64,000 nt of DNA, taken from Octopus vulgaris (Eukaryota). The position numbers were made by a program, and so were the translations under genes. Location: positions 171,864,001 through 171,928,000 of the forward strand of contig OX597815.1 of assembly GCA_951406725.2 (NCBI GenBank). The letters run 5' to 3'. The notes under the pieces were generated by a model. The model was not told where the DNA came from, searched no databases, and saw nothing but the letters and a program-made list of their open reading frames with translations. Shown here one piece after another: positions 1 through 13,176 of this stretch. Position 1 is the stretch's first letter, and each line of letters starts with the position of its first letter.

Positions 1-518
1 AAAGTATATATGTGCTTTCCTTAGCATCAGTAGTATCATTTAATGTCCATCTTCCATGCCAGCATAGGTTGGACAGTTTGACAGGAGCTGGCAAGCTAGA
101 GAGCTGCACCTGGCTCCACTGTCTGCCTTGGTATGATTTTTACAGCTAGATACCCTTCCTAATGCCAATCACTTTATAAAGTGCACTAGGTGCTTTTTAC
201 GTGGTACCAGCACCAGTGCTTTTTACTTGGCACCAATACCAGCAGGATTGCCATGTAATTTGCAAGACGAAGAGCTCTCAACTGGGAGAGGGAGTGGAAC
301 TGAGGGAGGTGGCTTTGTGACAGTTGAGAGGTTCAAGTATGATAGAAAAATAGAGATTGATGTCTTACTATAGATGATGTACTTGGCTACCCCAGCAGGA
401 AAAGAAAGATGAGGAAGGAGGGATAGAGAGACAGTCAAAGTGAGTGAGAGGGAGAGAGAAATAGGTGGTGGAAATGAGATGGAGCGGGGTTATAATATAT
501 ATATATATACACACACAC

Positions 519-736
519 AAGAGTGGGTGCTGAAAAGTTCCTGGCTTTGAATAAAAGAAAATACAGGAGGATCAGTTAATTGTGATTCCATAAAACATAT
601 TCCCCTCTCAGATTCACACACTTATTGCGGTGGTCCTTCAGTTTTTCTAAGCCCTGTAAAAGAACTTGGAAGGTTGGGTCTCCAACCAGGCCTTTTGCAA
701 TGCCCTTAAAGCCAAGAACTTTTCAGCACCCCTTCA
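519..736. mobile_element. mariner-type MITE
   Basis: TIRs GGGTGCTGAAAAGTTCCTGGCTTT / AAAGCCAAGAACTTTTCAGCACCC; same family at 19131 and 42439. Confidence 0.8.
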
Positions 737-763
737 TATATAGAAACATATATATATATATCT

Positions 764-925
764 TCATCATCATTATCATCATTTAATGTCCATCTTCCAT
801 GCATGCAAGCATGTGTAAGACGGTTGACAGGAGCCAGCCAGGTAGAAAAACTACCCTAGGCTACTGTTTCAACTTTAGTAGGGATTTTTACGGCTGGATG
901 CCCTTCCTAACACCAACCGCTCCAC
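764..925 (-). mobile_element. RTE LINE 3' end / RTE-tail retroposon fragment
   Basis: (CAT)n-TTAATGTCC...CATGC...CTGGATGCCCTTCCTAA is the reverse complement of the 3' end of the RTE element at 44018-45886. Confidence 0.7.
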
Positions 926-952
926 AATATATATATATATATATATTTTCTG

Positions 953-1177
953 TCTTTTATTCTTTTATTTTGCTACAGTCATTTGACTGCAGCCATGCTG
1001 GAGCACCACCTTTAGTCGACCAACTCAACACCAGGACTTATTTTTTGTAAGCCTAGTACTTATTCTATCACTCTCTCTTGCCAAACTGCTAAGTGACGGG
1101 GACGTAAACACAACACCATTGGTTGTCAAGCGACGTTTGGGGGGGGGACAAACACAGACACACAAACATAAACATAC

Positions 1178-1219
<42 letters not shown>

Positions 1220-1346
1220 GACAGGCTTCTTTCAGTTTCCGTCTACAAATTCCCTCACAAGGCTTTGGTCGGCCCGAGGCTATAGTAGAAGACACTTGCC
1301 AAAGGTGCCACGCAGTGGGACTGAACCCAGTTGGTAAGCAAGCTAC
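953..1346 (-). mobile_element. tRNA-derived SINE, family A
   Basis: Reverse complement of the 6609-7008 copy; internal (TA)n. Confidence 0.85.
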
Positions 1347-2103
1347 TATATACACACACACACACACACGTTAGAGCAGAACTATAACTCTTTTCAAGCT
1401 CTTCATAATAACTATATCAATTTCCCTTCCATCTCATCTAAAAGTTCTTTCAAATGACTTATGTATGATTAATACTTCACCTTCCTGGAATTAACAGCAA
1501 AAATATTACATAATTATATTAGAAATATATGCCCTCAGTCTATATACTATAAACATCATAACTACAATCTTTATACTATAGGCTTATAGTTTATTTATAT
1601 TACTTATAATAAGGCATGGTATTTATAATAATTATGAGGTTATGGTATGTGATAGAGGTTATGACAGTAATGGTAATAATGGTTTCAAATTTTGGCACAA
1701 GGCCAGCAATTATGGAGAAGGGTAAGTTGATTACATCAACTCTAGTACTCAACTGGCAAAGTTGACTTCAGTGGAATTTCAACTCAGAATGTAGAGACTA
1801 ATGAAATACTGCTAAGCATGTTGTCTGGTGTGTTAACAACAATTCTTGCTCACGATCTTATTCTGCCGACAATAATGATATAACCTAACATGGGCACAAA
1901 ATCAGAAATTTTACCAAAGGGAAAATTTGATTAAATTAACCTTGGTACTTAACTGGGACTTTATTTAATTGACTCTAGAGGATGAAACACAAAGTTGACT
2001 TTATTCTTTTCTTTTATTTTCTTATTTGTTTCAGTCATTAAACTGCGGCCATGCTGGAGCACCACCTTGAAGTTTTTTTAGTCGAAAAATTCGCCCCTGG
2101 TAC

Positions 2104-2489
2104 TCTTACTCTTTTACTTGTTTCAGTCATTTGACTGTGGCCATGCTGGAGCACCGCCTTTAGTCAAGCAAATCGACCCCAGGACTTATTCTTTGTAAAC
2201 CTGGTACTTATTCTATTGGTCTCTTTTGCCAAACCACTAAGTTACGGAGACGTAAACATACCAGCATTGGTTGTCAAGCAATGTTGGGGGACAAACACAG
2301 ACACACAAACAAACACACACACACATATATATACGATGGGCTTCTTTCAGTTTCCATCTACCAAATCCACTCACAAGGCTTTGGTTGGCCCGAGGCTATA
2401 GTAGAAGACACTTGCCCAAGGTGCCATGCAGTGGGACTGAATCCGGAACCATGTGGTTGGTAAGCAAGCTACTTACCACACAGCCACTT
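2104..2489 (-). mobile_element. tRNA-derived SINE, family A, near full length
   Basis: Head, internal (CA)/(TA) tract and GAAACAAGTAAAAGAG tail all present; degenerate partial copies flank it. Confidence 0.85.
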
Positions 2490-2971
2490 CTACACTTTTT
2501 TTTTTGAAAGCCTGGTACATATTCTGTCAGAAACACACCAACACCAGTTGTCAAGTGGTGTTTGTGTGTGGGGGGGACAATCACAGAAAGATACACACAC
2601 ATACACACATACACACACACATACACACACAACAGGTTTATTTCAGTTTCTGTCTACCAAATCCGCTCACAAGACTTTGGTCAGCCCAAGGCTATGGTAG
2701 AAGACACTTTCCCAAGATGCCATGCAGTGGGACTGAACCAAGGACTATGTGGTTGGGAAGCAAGTTTCTTACCACAAACCCACACCTGCGCCTATACACA
2801 CAGCCATGCCTGTGTGTTTAGCAGGATTTGCATTAAGCAACATAAAATATAAAATTTGGACTAACTCTAATGGTTTGACTAACCCACTTTTCTCTTGATG
2901 GCAAAAATAAGAACAAAAGGTTGTCACTTTTCTGAGTTTAAACAGATCACTACATAATGACACAAGATGTA

Positions 2972-3482
2972 CCGTAAATCCTCGAGTATAGTTTGCCCTT
3001 GAATATAATACGCAGGGGATTTTTAGGGGGCTGTACCTCTGAAAAACCTAAATTTTGTGTATAATACGCACCCCTTCTCTAACTTGAGTCAAGGAGGTCT
3101 GTATAACATCCTTGGTTTGTAAAAATGTATATGGTAATGTCCTTTATTATTATTGTATATATAACATAATGCAAACGTGTAGCTTTTTTGTGCATTTTGT
3201 TCGCAGAAAATAAAGAAATAGCAGTAATAACGTTTAATAAATGTTGCTTACTGCAAGTTATGGATGATTCTTTTATGACTTCATTGCTTTCAGGCTTAGC
3301 TTAAGGTATTTTCATGCCCGACATCACAAAATGCATCTGAATAAACACTGCCGGACAGCAAATAGAGACTCGGACATTGTTTAGAAAGTAATTTTCATTT
3401 GAAACCTTGTATATAGTACATACTAGGGATTTTGACCTTTAAATTTTGGGAAAAAATGCAGATTATACTCAAGGATTTATGG
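2972..3482. mobile_element. Tc1/mariner-superfamily (Tc2/pogo-like) MITE
   Basis: TA|CCGTAAATCCTCGAGTATA ... TATACTCAAGGATTTATGG|TA: 19-bp TIR with 2 mismatches and TA TSD. Confidence 0.8.
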
Positions 3483-3770
3483 TATCCTAGTTCTCAAACC
3501 TGAACATACATGATGGTGGTAGTGGTGGTGAGTGAGTATGAAAATACAGCCTGGCTTGTCTTTGTTATAATGGTATAGACATTAAAGCAAATATATTTGA
3601 AAGCAACTTCAGACAGATGACATTCATGGCAATTGTTGTTGGATGACAATATCAGCTTTTGTGATTGTGGTAGGAATATAACTGGTTATAACTGGAATAT
3701 AGTTTGGTAACATTTGTAGTTGAATGAAGCAAGTAATGATAGACTTCATGATAATACTAGAGAGGAGATA

Positions 3771-3903
3771 TCAGGTATTTTGTCCTAGGAGAAATAAATG
3801 CGTGGACGATAATAGATTGCAGTGGTGATTGTGATCAAGGTAAAGATATTTTATCAGCAAAATCATATCAAGAAGCCTTGTTTTCTGAATGTCTTCCAAT
3901 ATG
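3771..3903 (-). CDS. candidate terminal coding exon of putative minus-strand gene
   Basis: Acceptor TTTTTTTTTTAAAACAG; phase-2 entry gives ILEDIQKTRLLDMILLIKYLYLDHNHHCNLLSSTHLFLLGQNT*, the longest of its three frames. Confidence 0.3.
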
Positions 3904-4949
3904 CTGTTTTAAAAAAAAAATCCACATAAAGATAAATAAAAAGTGAACTTGCTTAGTTCCAGGTTCTACATTTTCTCATTGTCTGGAAAAGCTCCAATTC
4001 CAATTCCAGCATATGCCAAACAACTGTAAGTAGAATTGTGTCAGTTACACCCACTTCATGTTAGCTTCTATTATTATAACCAGTTACAGCTTAAATAGGC
4101 CGGTCATGTATTTGGAAAAGTGAATTCTTGCAACCACAGTTATGCCTCAACAATATGCTTCTTCATGAATACTGCCAAATCCTTTCTTAGCACTAATATA
4201 ATTCTGTGCTCCTCACATCGCCTTCTTTCAACTTGCAATCTAATGATACATTCCAAGCAAATTTGCCAACTATCTTTTCATTATCACACCAAAATTCTTA
4301 TTTCGTTTTGTTTCTTTAAGGGGATCAGTAGAGCTGAATCAATTAGATAGAAAATATCTTCTGATAAATAGAAAAATTTTCATGCATTAACAGTCTTTAT
4401 ATGTTATTTGCCAAGCTATATCTTTCCTCTTCTACATTTATCTCTTCTGCACTGGCCACTAGTTAACCTAAACACTACAAACATCCATCAAACTTTTAAC
4501 ACGGTTTTCTTTTACTTGCTCATAAATATACTCATCATTTCACTAGACAACATTACATAATGTCAACTGGCTAACTACACCTTAGAATGTCAAGTGATTT
4601 TCAAACATACAGCAAAGACTTATAGATTTTTAGCCTTCCTAATAGAGTGGTATGAATATCACCTAACCTTTTCAATCTACTGGGCTGTTAGATAAATTTG
4701 TTTGTCTATTTCCAATGTTATTTGAGTTACATGAAAAATATTTTTATTGCAGTGTTTTATGGTTCTTTGGTGCTGTATTCTTCCTCTATAACTTTTGCTT
4801 AACACTTTTAATATTTAAATGAATGTTACCTCTTTTCAAGCATATGATAATTACAGAGTACCAAGTAGTAAAAAAAATGAGCATTTTCAACATCTGGTTC
4901 TCTTTCTTTCAGTCAAGGTTCAAAGCTGCCAGTCACTCATGGCATTTGT

Positions 4950-5150
4950 GTTGTGTATAGAGAAGGTGCTATTAGTAACGAAAAATAAAACAGCACAGAA
5001 ATGGTTTACATTCTTCAAGGCAGGGAAATTCAACCCTACAGACTCTCCATGTTCTATTCAACCTGTTCCGTTCAATGATGATCATTTGAATGAGCCTATC
5101 TACAAGGTCCACACCAATCAACCAGGGAACTGGTCCAACAGATGAGATGC
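4950..5150 (+). pseudogene. mariner transposase N-terminal HTH remnant
   Basis: AQKWFTFFKAGKFNPTDSPCSIQP resembles mariner WFxxFxxGxFxxxDxPRSGRP. Confidence 0.7.
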
Positions 5151-5635
5151 TCTCATGGTACTGTTACCCTGCCAGTTAAAAATAGCTGAGTGCACACAAT
5201 ATGCTTCTTCAACATGACAACACTCACCTCCATGTCACTAATTCGCCCCAAAAGGTAGACAATGCAAGAGCACAGTTGGAAAATTCTGTTGCACCCACTA
5301 TATTCTCCTGATATAGTGCCTTTAGATAACTTTTGCAGTTACACACCAAAAGTGTGTGGGATAGTTTGTTCAACAACATAGAGCTAAATAGTGGCTCAGT
5401 TAATTGAGTCATAGCCTGGGGATTTCTAGACATTGACAAGTTTGTGGAACATTGGTTAAAAGTTATGATCAATGAAGGAGAATATATTATTGATTTACGG
5501 AGACGTACTTGCATAGCAAGTGACCTGATCTGAGATTGTGTGCTGGAACGAAAACAATTGCAGCATGGAAGGTGTTTATAAGCCATTTAAGAAACACACA
5601 AAAACCGTTAGATTCACTTCAACAATTAAATTTAA

Positions 5636-5686
5636 TTTGTCAAAATATTTTCGTCACTTTGAGACTGCAACCTGTTCACTGGCAAA
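5636..5686 (-). ncRNA. minimal type-I hammerhead ribozyme, G3:C8 variant (Penelope pLTR-like)
   Basis: tttgcca GTGAACA g gttgc-agtctcaaa-gtgac GAAA atat TT tgacaaa: stems I and II pair, palindromic stem III. Confidence 0.65.
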
Positions 5687-6608
5687 ATTGATTGATTTGT
5701 AAACATAGTTGATGCAAAAAAAGGACTAAAATAAATGAGAAAAAAATGTACAACTTTATCTGACAGCCTAATATGTATGTTCATACCTTTTCATCTCTGT
5801 CCACAATGTACATATGGCATCTTTCACAGAAGGCATAACAATAATCTTCTCCTGTGGCTCCCTATACACAATCACACATCCACTCTGACCAAAAATACAG
5901 AAATTAGAATCCTGACTCTACAAAAATAGATCACCAACAACACATAATACATCTCTTATCGCCAGCTAATCAGAAACGCTCGCAAAAATTATGTTTCTGC
6001 CACACATCACATTCAACTTAAACAGCATTCTCCACTAGTCAAATACAAACATTGCATACTTTACAAGACTGAGACTTAGGAGTATACTGTGGTTTCAGAG
6101 GAAACATAAGAATAGGTATAGTGTTTTGTCTAGTAATATTTAATGAAGTCAAAACTACATCTCATTAAGATTTAACTACATAAGCAGCTTTCTCATGTGT
6201 TCAGAATTAATTCCTAAATTCACCTACTGGCAGTCCAGAGTTGATCTTGATATTTGTGTGTCAGGTTTAAGGACGGTAACATTACACTGGCATTAACATA
6301 GGCAGTTTTTGAATATCGTAAGGTATATCAGCTTTGTGGTAGAGAACAAACAAGTAATTAGTTAAAGCTGTACTTGATGGCTTCTTTTTTAAAAATGGCA
6401 TATGTGTGTGTTTGTGTGCATGTTTTTGTGTATGTGCATATGTGTGTGTGTGTGTAGTATGTATAAACATAGTATGCAAAAACCTTTTCCCCAAAGGTTT
6501 GTGGCATTCTGTTTTCTAGATCATTTTTAAAAATAGTTTATGAGTTTTGAAAGAGCTTTTTTTAAAGATTGTGACTATCAAGTATTTTTTCACAAAAACT
6601 TTTAAATA

Positions 6609-7008
6609 GGCATAGGAGTGGCTGTGTGGTAAGTAGCTTGCTTACGAACCACATGGTTCCGGTTCAGTCCCACTGTGTGGCACCTTGGGCAAGTCTCTTC
6701 TACTATAGCCTTGGGTCGACCAAAGCCTTGTGAGTGAATTTGGTAGATGGAAACTGAAAGAAGCCCATCGTATATATGTATATATGTATGTATGTGTGTA
6801 TATGTTTGTGTATCTGTGTGTTGTCCCCCCAACATCACTTGACAACCGATGCTGGTGTGTTTATGTCCCCGTAACTTAGCGGTTCAGCAAAAAGACCGAT
6901 AGAATAAGTACTAGGCTTACAAAGAATAAGTCCTGGGGTCGATTTGCTCGACTAAAGGTGGTGCTCCAGCATGGCCGCAGTCAAATGACTGAAACAAGTA
7001 AAAGAGTA
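6609..7008 (+). mobile_element. tRNA-derived SINE, family A, full length
   Basis: A-box-like TGGCTGTGTGG, B-box-like GGTTCAGTCCC, internal (TA)/(TG) tract, short-repeat tail; many copies in window. Confidence 0.9.
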
Positions 7009-8189
7009 TATGTGTGAGTGTGTGTATGTGTGTGTGTGTGTGTGTGTGCACGTGTGTGTGTGTGTGTGTGTGTGCGTGTGAGTGTTGTCGTCATCATTTA
7101 ATATCCATCTTCTATGCTGGCATGGGCTGGTTGGTTCAACAGGATCCAATGATTCAGAGAACTGCAACAAGTTTTACGGTTTGGTTTCACATAACTTTTA
7201 TGGCTGGATGCCCTTCCTAATGCCAACCAATTAACAGAGTATACTCCCTTTTCTTTCTTTTCTTGTTTTGTGGCCCCAGCACTAGTGAGATTGCCATGTA
7301 ATTTTCAAAATTAAAAACCCCTATAAGGCGCATGAAGGTTTAGATTCCTGTGGAATATCTCCTTCTCTCATTATAATTGTTTTGTAGTTTCAAGGAGCTG
7401 GAACGGGTCATTGATTTGTGACACCCATACGAAGCAAGGTGATGAGAATGGCTCCTTAGTACATCACACAGTCAATACAATAAATATGAATAGAACAATG
7501 CATATATGTGCTACAGGGAAATAAGAAACACAACCAGGTAGAATGTTTCAAAGAAGATTTATTGATATGTTAACATACATGATTGTGTGTGTGTCATATA
7601 TACGGAATAATAGACAGGCTGTCATAAGAATAAGATGTATGTGTGTGTATGTAGACATAGATGTATGCACGTTGAGAACATACAAGGATAGTGATGAAGA
7701 AGAGATAGTGAAAGAGTCTATAGCCATCGAAGTGAGGAGTAAGTTCATAGATACAAGAATGATAAGCACCAGTTTGTAGTCAATTGTACATAATAGTTGA
7801 AATACTGTATCAAAACGTTGCAGTGATGTTTCAGAGCTCGATGCAGCACATGTCGTACGTGAAGTTGTGACTGTGATGCTGCTGCCTGGGTCACTTGGTA
7901 CAGGTTGTATATTCGCTGTTGACCCATGGTGAAGTAGTTCACGAACAGTGCAGTGTTGTAACATGGGTGACTATGTAGAGAGATGTTGACGTTAGGATGA
8001 ATGGTGGCAACAGAGATGGAGGTCACTGTAATGCTGTTGGACAAAGTTGGTGAGTCCTACGTGGCTGCTGTTGTGGGGAGGGATGATGTTGAGAATGGGG
8101 GATAGATGTCAAAGTGGTTCAAGAACAAGAAGAGATAACTAATAGCATGGAAAGAGTGTGTGTGTGTGTGTGTGTGTTTGTGTGTGTAT

Positions 8190-8621
8190 AAGAATAAAAC
8201 CATGAAACCAATGGTTAAAAAATGTGGACGCCCAAACTGTGGAACATGCCCCAACTTACTTGAAGGCTCGAATTTCCTTTTCAAACAAGGAGAGAAGTTC
8301 ACAATTAAAACCAGCTTCACTTGTGCCTCAGTGAATCTAATTTATGTAATAATCTGCTCTGGTTGTGGACATCATTATATAGGACAGACAAGTATGACAC
8401 TGAGATGGAGAACCACTCTACATAAAGAGCAAATCTGGTTTCCACAGCACAGACAGATTCCTTTAAGTGAACACATAGAGAGATGTGCAGATAACATCAA
8501 ACCAAATTTCACACTTTTCCCCTTCTACCAGTGCAAATATGCAATTTCTATACAAGAACATTTACATAAAGAGAATTTATTCATCGAAAAATACAAAACA
8601 CAGCTAAATATACATGCATAA
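8190..8621 (+). mobile_element. Penelope-like element, GIY-YIG endonuclease C-terminal fragment
   Basis: CGRPNCGTC...FTCASVNLIYVIICSGCGHHYIGQT...RTTLH...LSEH matches the PLE GIY-YIG domain with its CxxxxCxxC linker. Confidence 0.9.
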
Positions 8622-8869
8622 CCAACTTTGATATCTATATATATTTTAATTCATGATTACATACCATCACTGTACATATTTCCGACCACTACTTAGGATT
8701 TTGAATTTTTGTATAGATTAACTGAAAGATGAACAACTATTTCCTCTGTCCACAATAATAATGATCCCCAATTACCTCCCCTTAGATTTTTCTACTTTTT
8801 GAATCATTCCACACACAACATGAACAAAAAGATTCTTCTTGATAAAATATGTAATTAAAATAATTTTAA

Positions 8870-8902
8870 TGTCATGATTAGCAAAAGCGAAACTGGTCGA
8901 CA
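8870..8902 (+). ncRNA. minimal type-I hammerhead ribozyme, A3:U8 variant, in Penelope pLTR
   Basis: tgtc ATGATTA gc-aaaa-gc GAAA ctgg TC gaca; GUC triplet; ~250 nt downstream of the GIY-YIG ORF on the same strand. Confidence 0.8.
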
Positions 8903-10113
8903 AACACAATATAGAATATATTAAAACTATGTAAAGTGGGTACATTTTCCTTCTTTAATTTCTTATATCTATTACAGCTCAACACGTGGGGATAATCGAA
9001 ATTCCACCCTTTCTGTTATTATATATAAATATATATATACAGCTCGACTCTCATTTAACTACAACAGTAGAATAATGTAGTAGTTAGAAAAATGATGGAA
9101 AGATGAGTGCTAGGAAGATGAAATGGTGGTAGGAACATACTGAGTGTGGGACCCAGTTGTGTGTATCTACATAAACAGAATACTTTTAGGACATTTAGGA
9201 CCATGCCAGCATCAAAAGATGTTAAATTGTAATGATGATGATGATGATGATGATGATATCCCTTTCTTTTTACTTCTTCAAGGCCTGTTGTTAAGCCCTT
9301 ATGATATTTTCCACTTTAGTTTTATGATACCCTAACTGAGGACATGTTCAATCCACAGAATTGGTTGAAGTTTGAAAGATGTCTTAGAACTGTTCTTTAT
9401 GTTAAAGATTCCTATATCCACCTTCCAATATCAATCAGCATCCCAATACTATTTAGCTGTTTTGACTAACAAATGAAAGATATGTTTTATCTTACATATC
9501 CTTCATTTCCTACTTGTCTTTAAGTTCTTAGTTGGTCTTATACTCAATCTAAAATCCCTCACCATTAAACTATGTTGAAGAGTTCATCCCTCACAAGCTA
9601 AGAATCTACTAATTACAACTATCAATCAGTAATCAGTTTAGATTTCTGGTAAATATAAAAAGCAATCTGACTCCCATGCATACATAGTTGCACTAGAAAG
9701 ATTCCGTAATTGCATTGCAGAACTCCAGAAGCTTGACTCCTCTTAAACTTTCATGCCATGGTCAATATATCTCCCCTGATAATTTCTGACATGACCATTT
9801 AAACTGCCAGTTATCATGATAGTATCACTGTCATCAATTCCTGAGTTAGCCTGCACAAGTTTTACACATCTATCAATCATATTTATGGAGAATAAAGAGA
9901 GATAAATGTTATCATGTTGATTACTACTGTCTTAATTTAATTATTCTATCACCTATTTTGGCTACTTCAATCACTACATCTACCCACTACTGCTTTGTTA
10001 AGCATATACCTACACCACCCATACCACACAGCAGACTGAAACATACAGCAGCTGTGTAATCTCTAGTTTCCCATATTCCTCTTTTACTGTATACGTGAAA
10101 TGTATGTACCTAC

Positions 10114-10145
10114 TTGAGTGAACAGTCAGAGATTTTGGCAGGATT
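10114..10145 (-). CDS. candidate 32-nt coding exon
   Basis: Long U-rich tract + CAAG acceptor, GTAGGT donor; phase 0->2, NPAKISDCSL. Confidence 0.4.
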
Positions 10146-10589
10146 CTTGAAAAAATAAATAAAATAGATAAATAAAAAGAAAAAAAAACAGTGCTTTCCA
10201 CTAACAAGTTTGAAATGCAAAATAGAAAACACTCAATGTGTCGAGAATGTAGGACAATGATTTCAAGTTAGATTCTCAATCCATAGTTAAATGCTGTAAC
10301 CTTTAATGTAGTGAATTTAATGGTAATGAAAATTATAATAATATTGATATGAAAGGTGATTGTTATAAAACTGAGAGTAATGAGGATGATGGATAGCGGT
10401 TGAAGAGGTAGTTCTATAGTTACATTAAAAGATATATAAGACGAAATCTTCAGCTGACAGTAATAATTTCTCATTGAAACAAATCTGTAATCTGGCTCAG
10501 TTCCTAGATCTTCACTCATAGTCAATGGAAAGCAATAAATGTAATAAATCTAATTACTTCTTAATAAATATCAACATTATCATAATGTC

Positions 10590-10810
10590 TTGCATGATCG
10601 TAAGATTGTGGTTTCGACTCTTGGACTGTGCGACATGTTGTGTTCTTGAGCAAAACACTTCATTTCACATTGCTCCAGTCCACCCAGCTGGTAAAAATGA
10701 GTAACGCTGCAATGGACTGGCGTCCCGTCCAGCTGGGGAACACATACGCCATAGAAACTGGGAAACCAAGCCCATGAGCCTGGCTAGGCTTTAAAAGGGT
10801 GCGTTTATTA
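10590..10810 (+). mobile_element. CORE-like tRNA SINE, family C
   Basis: GTGTTCTTGAGCAAAACACTTCATTTCACATTGCTCCAGTCCACCCAGCTGGTAAAAATGAGT shared with copies at 38725, 42741, 43265, 57796, 58863. Confidence 0.7.
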
Positions 10811-12182
10811 TTATTAATGGGAGAATGACATGCAATTCTGTCTGGTAAAGTGAACGATTGGAGACCCCAAGAGATATCTATATTTTTGCATATGTGTGTA
10901 AGTATGTTTGTGTCTCCTCATGTTGACATTGCATGATTGTTGTAAATGATTGTAAATGAGTATCATTCATTTCTAATACTCCATGCAAAAATGTCTGACC
11001 ATGAGAAAATATTGCCTTATTTGGAAATAGGTGAGGGTCGGCAGTGGATAGGGCATTTGACTGTAGGAAATCTGCTGCAAGAAATTCCATCTAACCCATG
11101 TAAGCATAGAAATGTGGACATTAAAACAATCATTACACACACGCATGCACATGTGTGCACGCACACACACACACACATACACACACACATTTAAACCCAT
11201 GCACTTTTTTACACAAAGCATTTCACAAAATTTTTAAATATGTCATAATTTTTTAGGAGAGCTTTTGTGTACTTGCTTGCCCTGATAGAAATAGAAACTA
11301 AATCTCAATCAAAATTCTGCCCCATTAGCTTAGAATTGTGAACCGCAGATAATGTGGTCCTGCTTCCATGAATATACAAAAAAAAAAGTAAATAAAATGA
11401 GATGGTCATGATTGGAATGCCTTTGATCATAGGTCTGCTCAGTTAGAGCTGATCTGGGGTTAACAATGAGAACAACAACTTCTGTAAATTTAACACTAAA
11501 ACAATGAGATTTATTTGCATTTATAAAATAAAAATACACATTTATTTTTCTGAATTTCCTTTGAAAATTGAGCAAATTACATAACATGTCATGACAACAT
11601 TGTGTAATCAGTATTTCCTTCTAGTTGCTGGTTAAATAACATATGTGTAACTTCAATCAGAGGCAAACATGTAAAAAAATAAAAATAAAACTAATAAAAA
11701 TAAAAATATAAAAAGAGCGAAAAATCTCAATCTCAAGTAAGTATCAGGGAATATATGTGAATTTATTGTATTTGTATGTGTACTTATCTAAAAGAATGTT
11801 TGCGTGTATTCCTGTTTCTTACTCTGTAAATGTGTATATATATATATATATGTATTTATGTTTATTTGTATAGAGGCATCCTGCCAACTTAGGATAGCGA
11901 CATATAAGGCTACAACTGCCTGTGGAAGTTAGCAGGCATCAAGCTCTATTGGAATTAGGCATATACCTTATGGATTAAGCTTCCAATTATAAATTATCTT
12001 TTTATGCTATCTTTTTATAAATTAAAAAAAAAATTAATTAGTATTTAGGTAATCACATACAAATAACATTTCTCACAAAATTTGTGGATATTTCTGTAAG
12101 CTAGTGTCGCACTGTATTTATAGCAAAAGTAATGACCGTCTTGGAAAGGAACTGCTAAAAATGTTTCTGTTTATAAACTTAC

Positions 12183-12283
12183 TGTGATGTAAATATTGGG
12201 TAAATAACCCTGAATATTTGGCAACTTTTCTGACAGTCTGTGCCTTTCTAAACTACCTGTTTTTTTCCACAGGTAGTTTAGAA
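12183..12283 (-). CDS. candidate 101-nt coding exon
   Basis: Acceptor TTTTTTATCCATTAACAG, donor GTAAGT; only open frame is phase 1->0, LNYLWKKTGSLERHRLSEKLPNIQGYLPNIYIT. Confidence 0.55.
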
Positions 12284-12535
12284 CTGTTAATGGATAAAAA
12301 AAAAGTAAAAAGAAATAAAAAAAAAATTACTATTCAACTAATAGTGATACTGATGTATGATCATAAAATACATTAAACAAAAAAAAAAAAAAAGAAATTA
12401 ACACAGTATATAATCAACTTTGGTATATTTGTATAAAATGTATTTAAACTTGTTCAGAAAAGTCAACTAACTCGTTGCAAAACTGCAAATCAGCACTAGG
12501 AAGGTTACGATCTCTATATTACTATGCAGTGTTGC

Positions 12536-12537
<2 letters not shown>

Positions 12538-12573
<36 letters not shown>

Positions 12574-12693
12574 CCACCACTACTACCACCACCACCACTA
12601 CGCCACCAACTCCACCACCAACTCCATCACTATCAACACCAGCAGCAGCAACACCACCACCACCACCACCATCATTATTACCATCATCAACAT
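12538..12693. repeat. compound (TCA)n/(CCA)n/(GCA)n microsatellite
   Basis: Seen directly; source of the poly-His/Ser/Met pseudo-ORFs. Confidence 0.9.
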
Positions 12694-13176
12694 CAGATAT
12701 CTTGTTCTTTTTGCTTTTTAACATCCGTTTTTCAGTGCTTGCTTGGGTTGAATAGGTTTGTAGTACAGCATATTGCTTTACCTTACATTACTGGCACTAA
12801 GTATACAATATAATGTGCCAATAATATAACTTTTAAATCCCACCTAAACTTACGTCTGCATTGTTTAATGATTTCTGATAATAATGGTAAACTTCCATAC
12901 AGTACACTGTTTGGCAAATGTTTCCCAAGAAATATTCTTTACCTTCTTGGTATATACACTACTTAGTTAATCTACTTTCTATTGCTTTCATAAGTGTCCA
13001 GCATTCAGATCCATATATCAACATACTTTCTAGAGCAACTCTATAAATTTGTATTTTGAAGTCATCAAATGGATTTGACTTCCATATTGTGGACATCTTG
13101 TTCATTGTTGACCATGCCACTTCAATTTTCACTTCACTGTCTTTCTATAATCCAAGATATTTGAATTCATTTAGAG

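Noticed and set aside
1089-1374. Recurrent ...RPEAIVEDTCPRCHAVGLN... ORF family
   Set aside because: Antisense translation of SINE A; frames differ between copies.
3771-3903. Beta-1,3-galactosyltransferase assignment from ILLIK...FLLG
   Set aside because: The RxxIRxTW motif is missing and the frame stops immediately.
6609-6680. tRNA genes
   Set aside because: A/B boxes belong to SINE heads; no complete cloverleaf or poly-T terminator.
7385-7470. Minus-strand AAGGAGC...GCTCCTT-GAAA hairpin as an HHR
   Set aside because: No assignable core or stem I.
12467-12813. Poly-His/Ser/Gly ORFs
   Set aside because: Trinucleotide microsatellite open in several frames on both strands.
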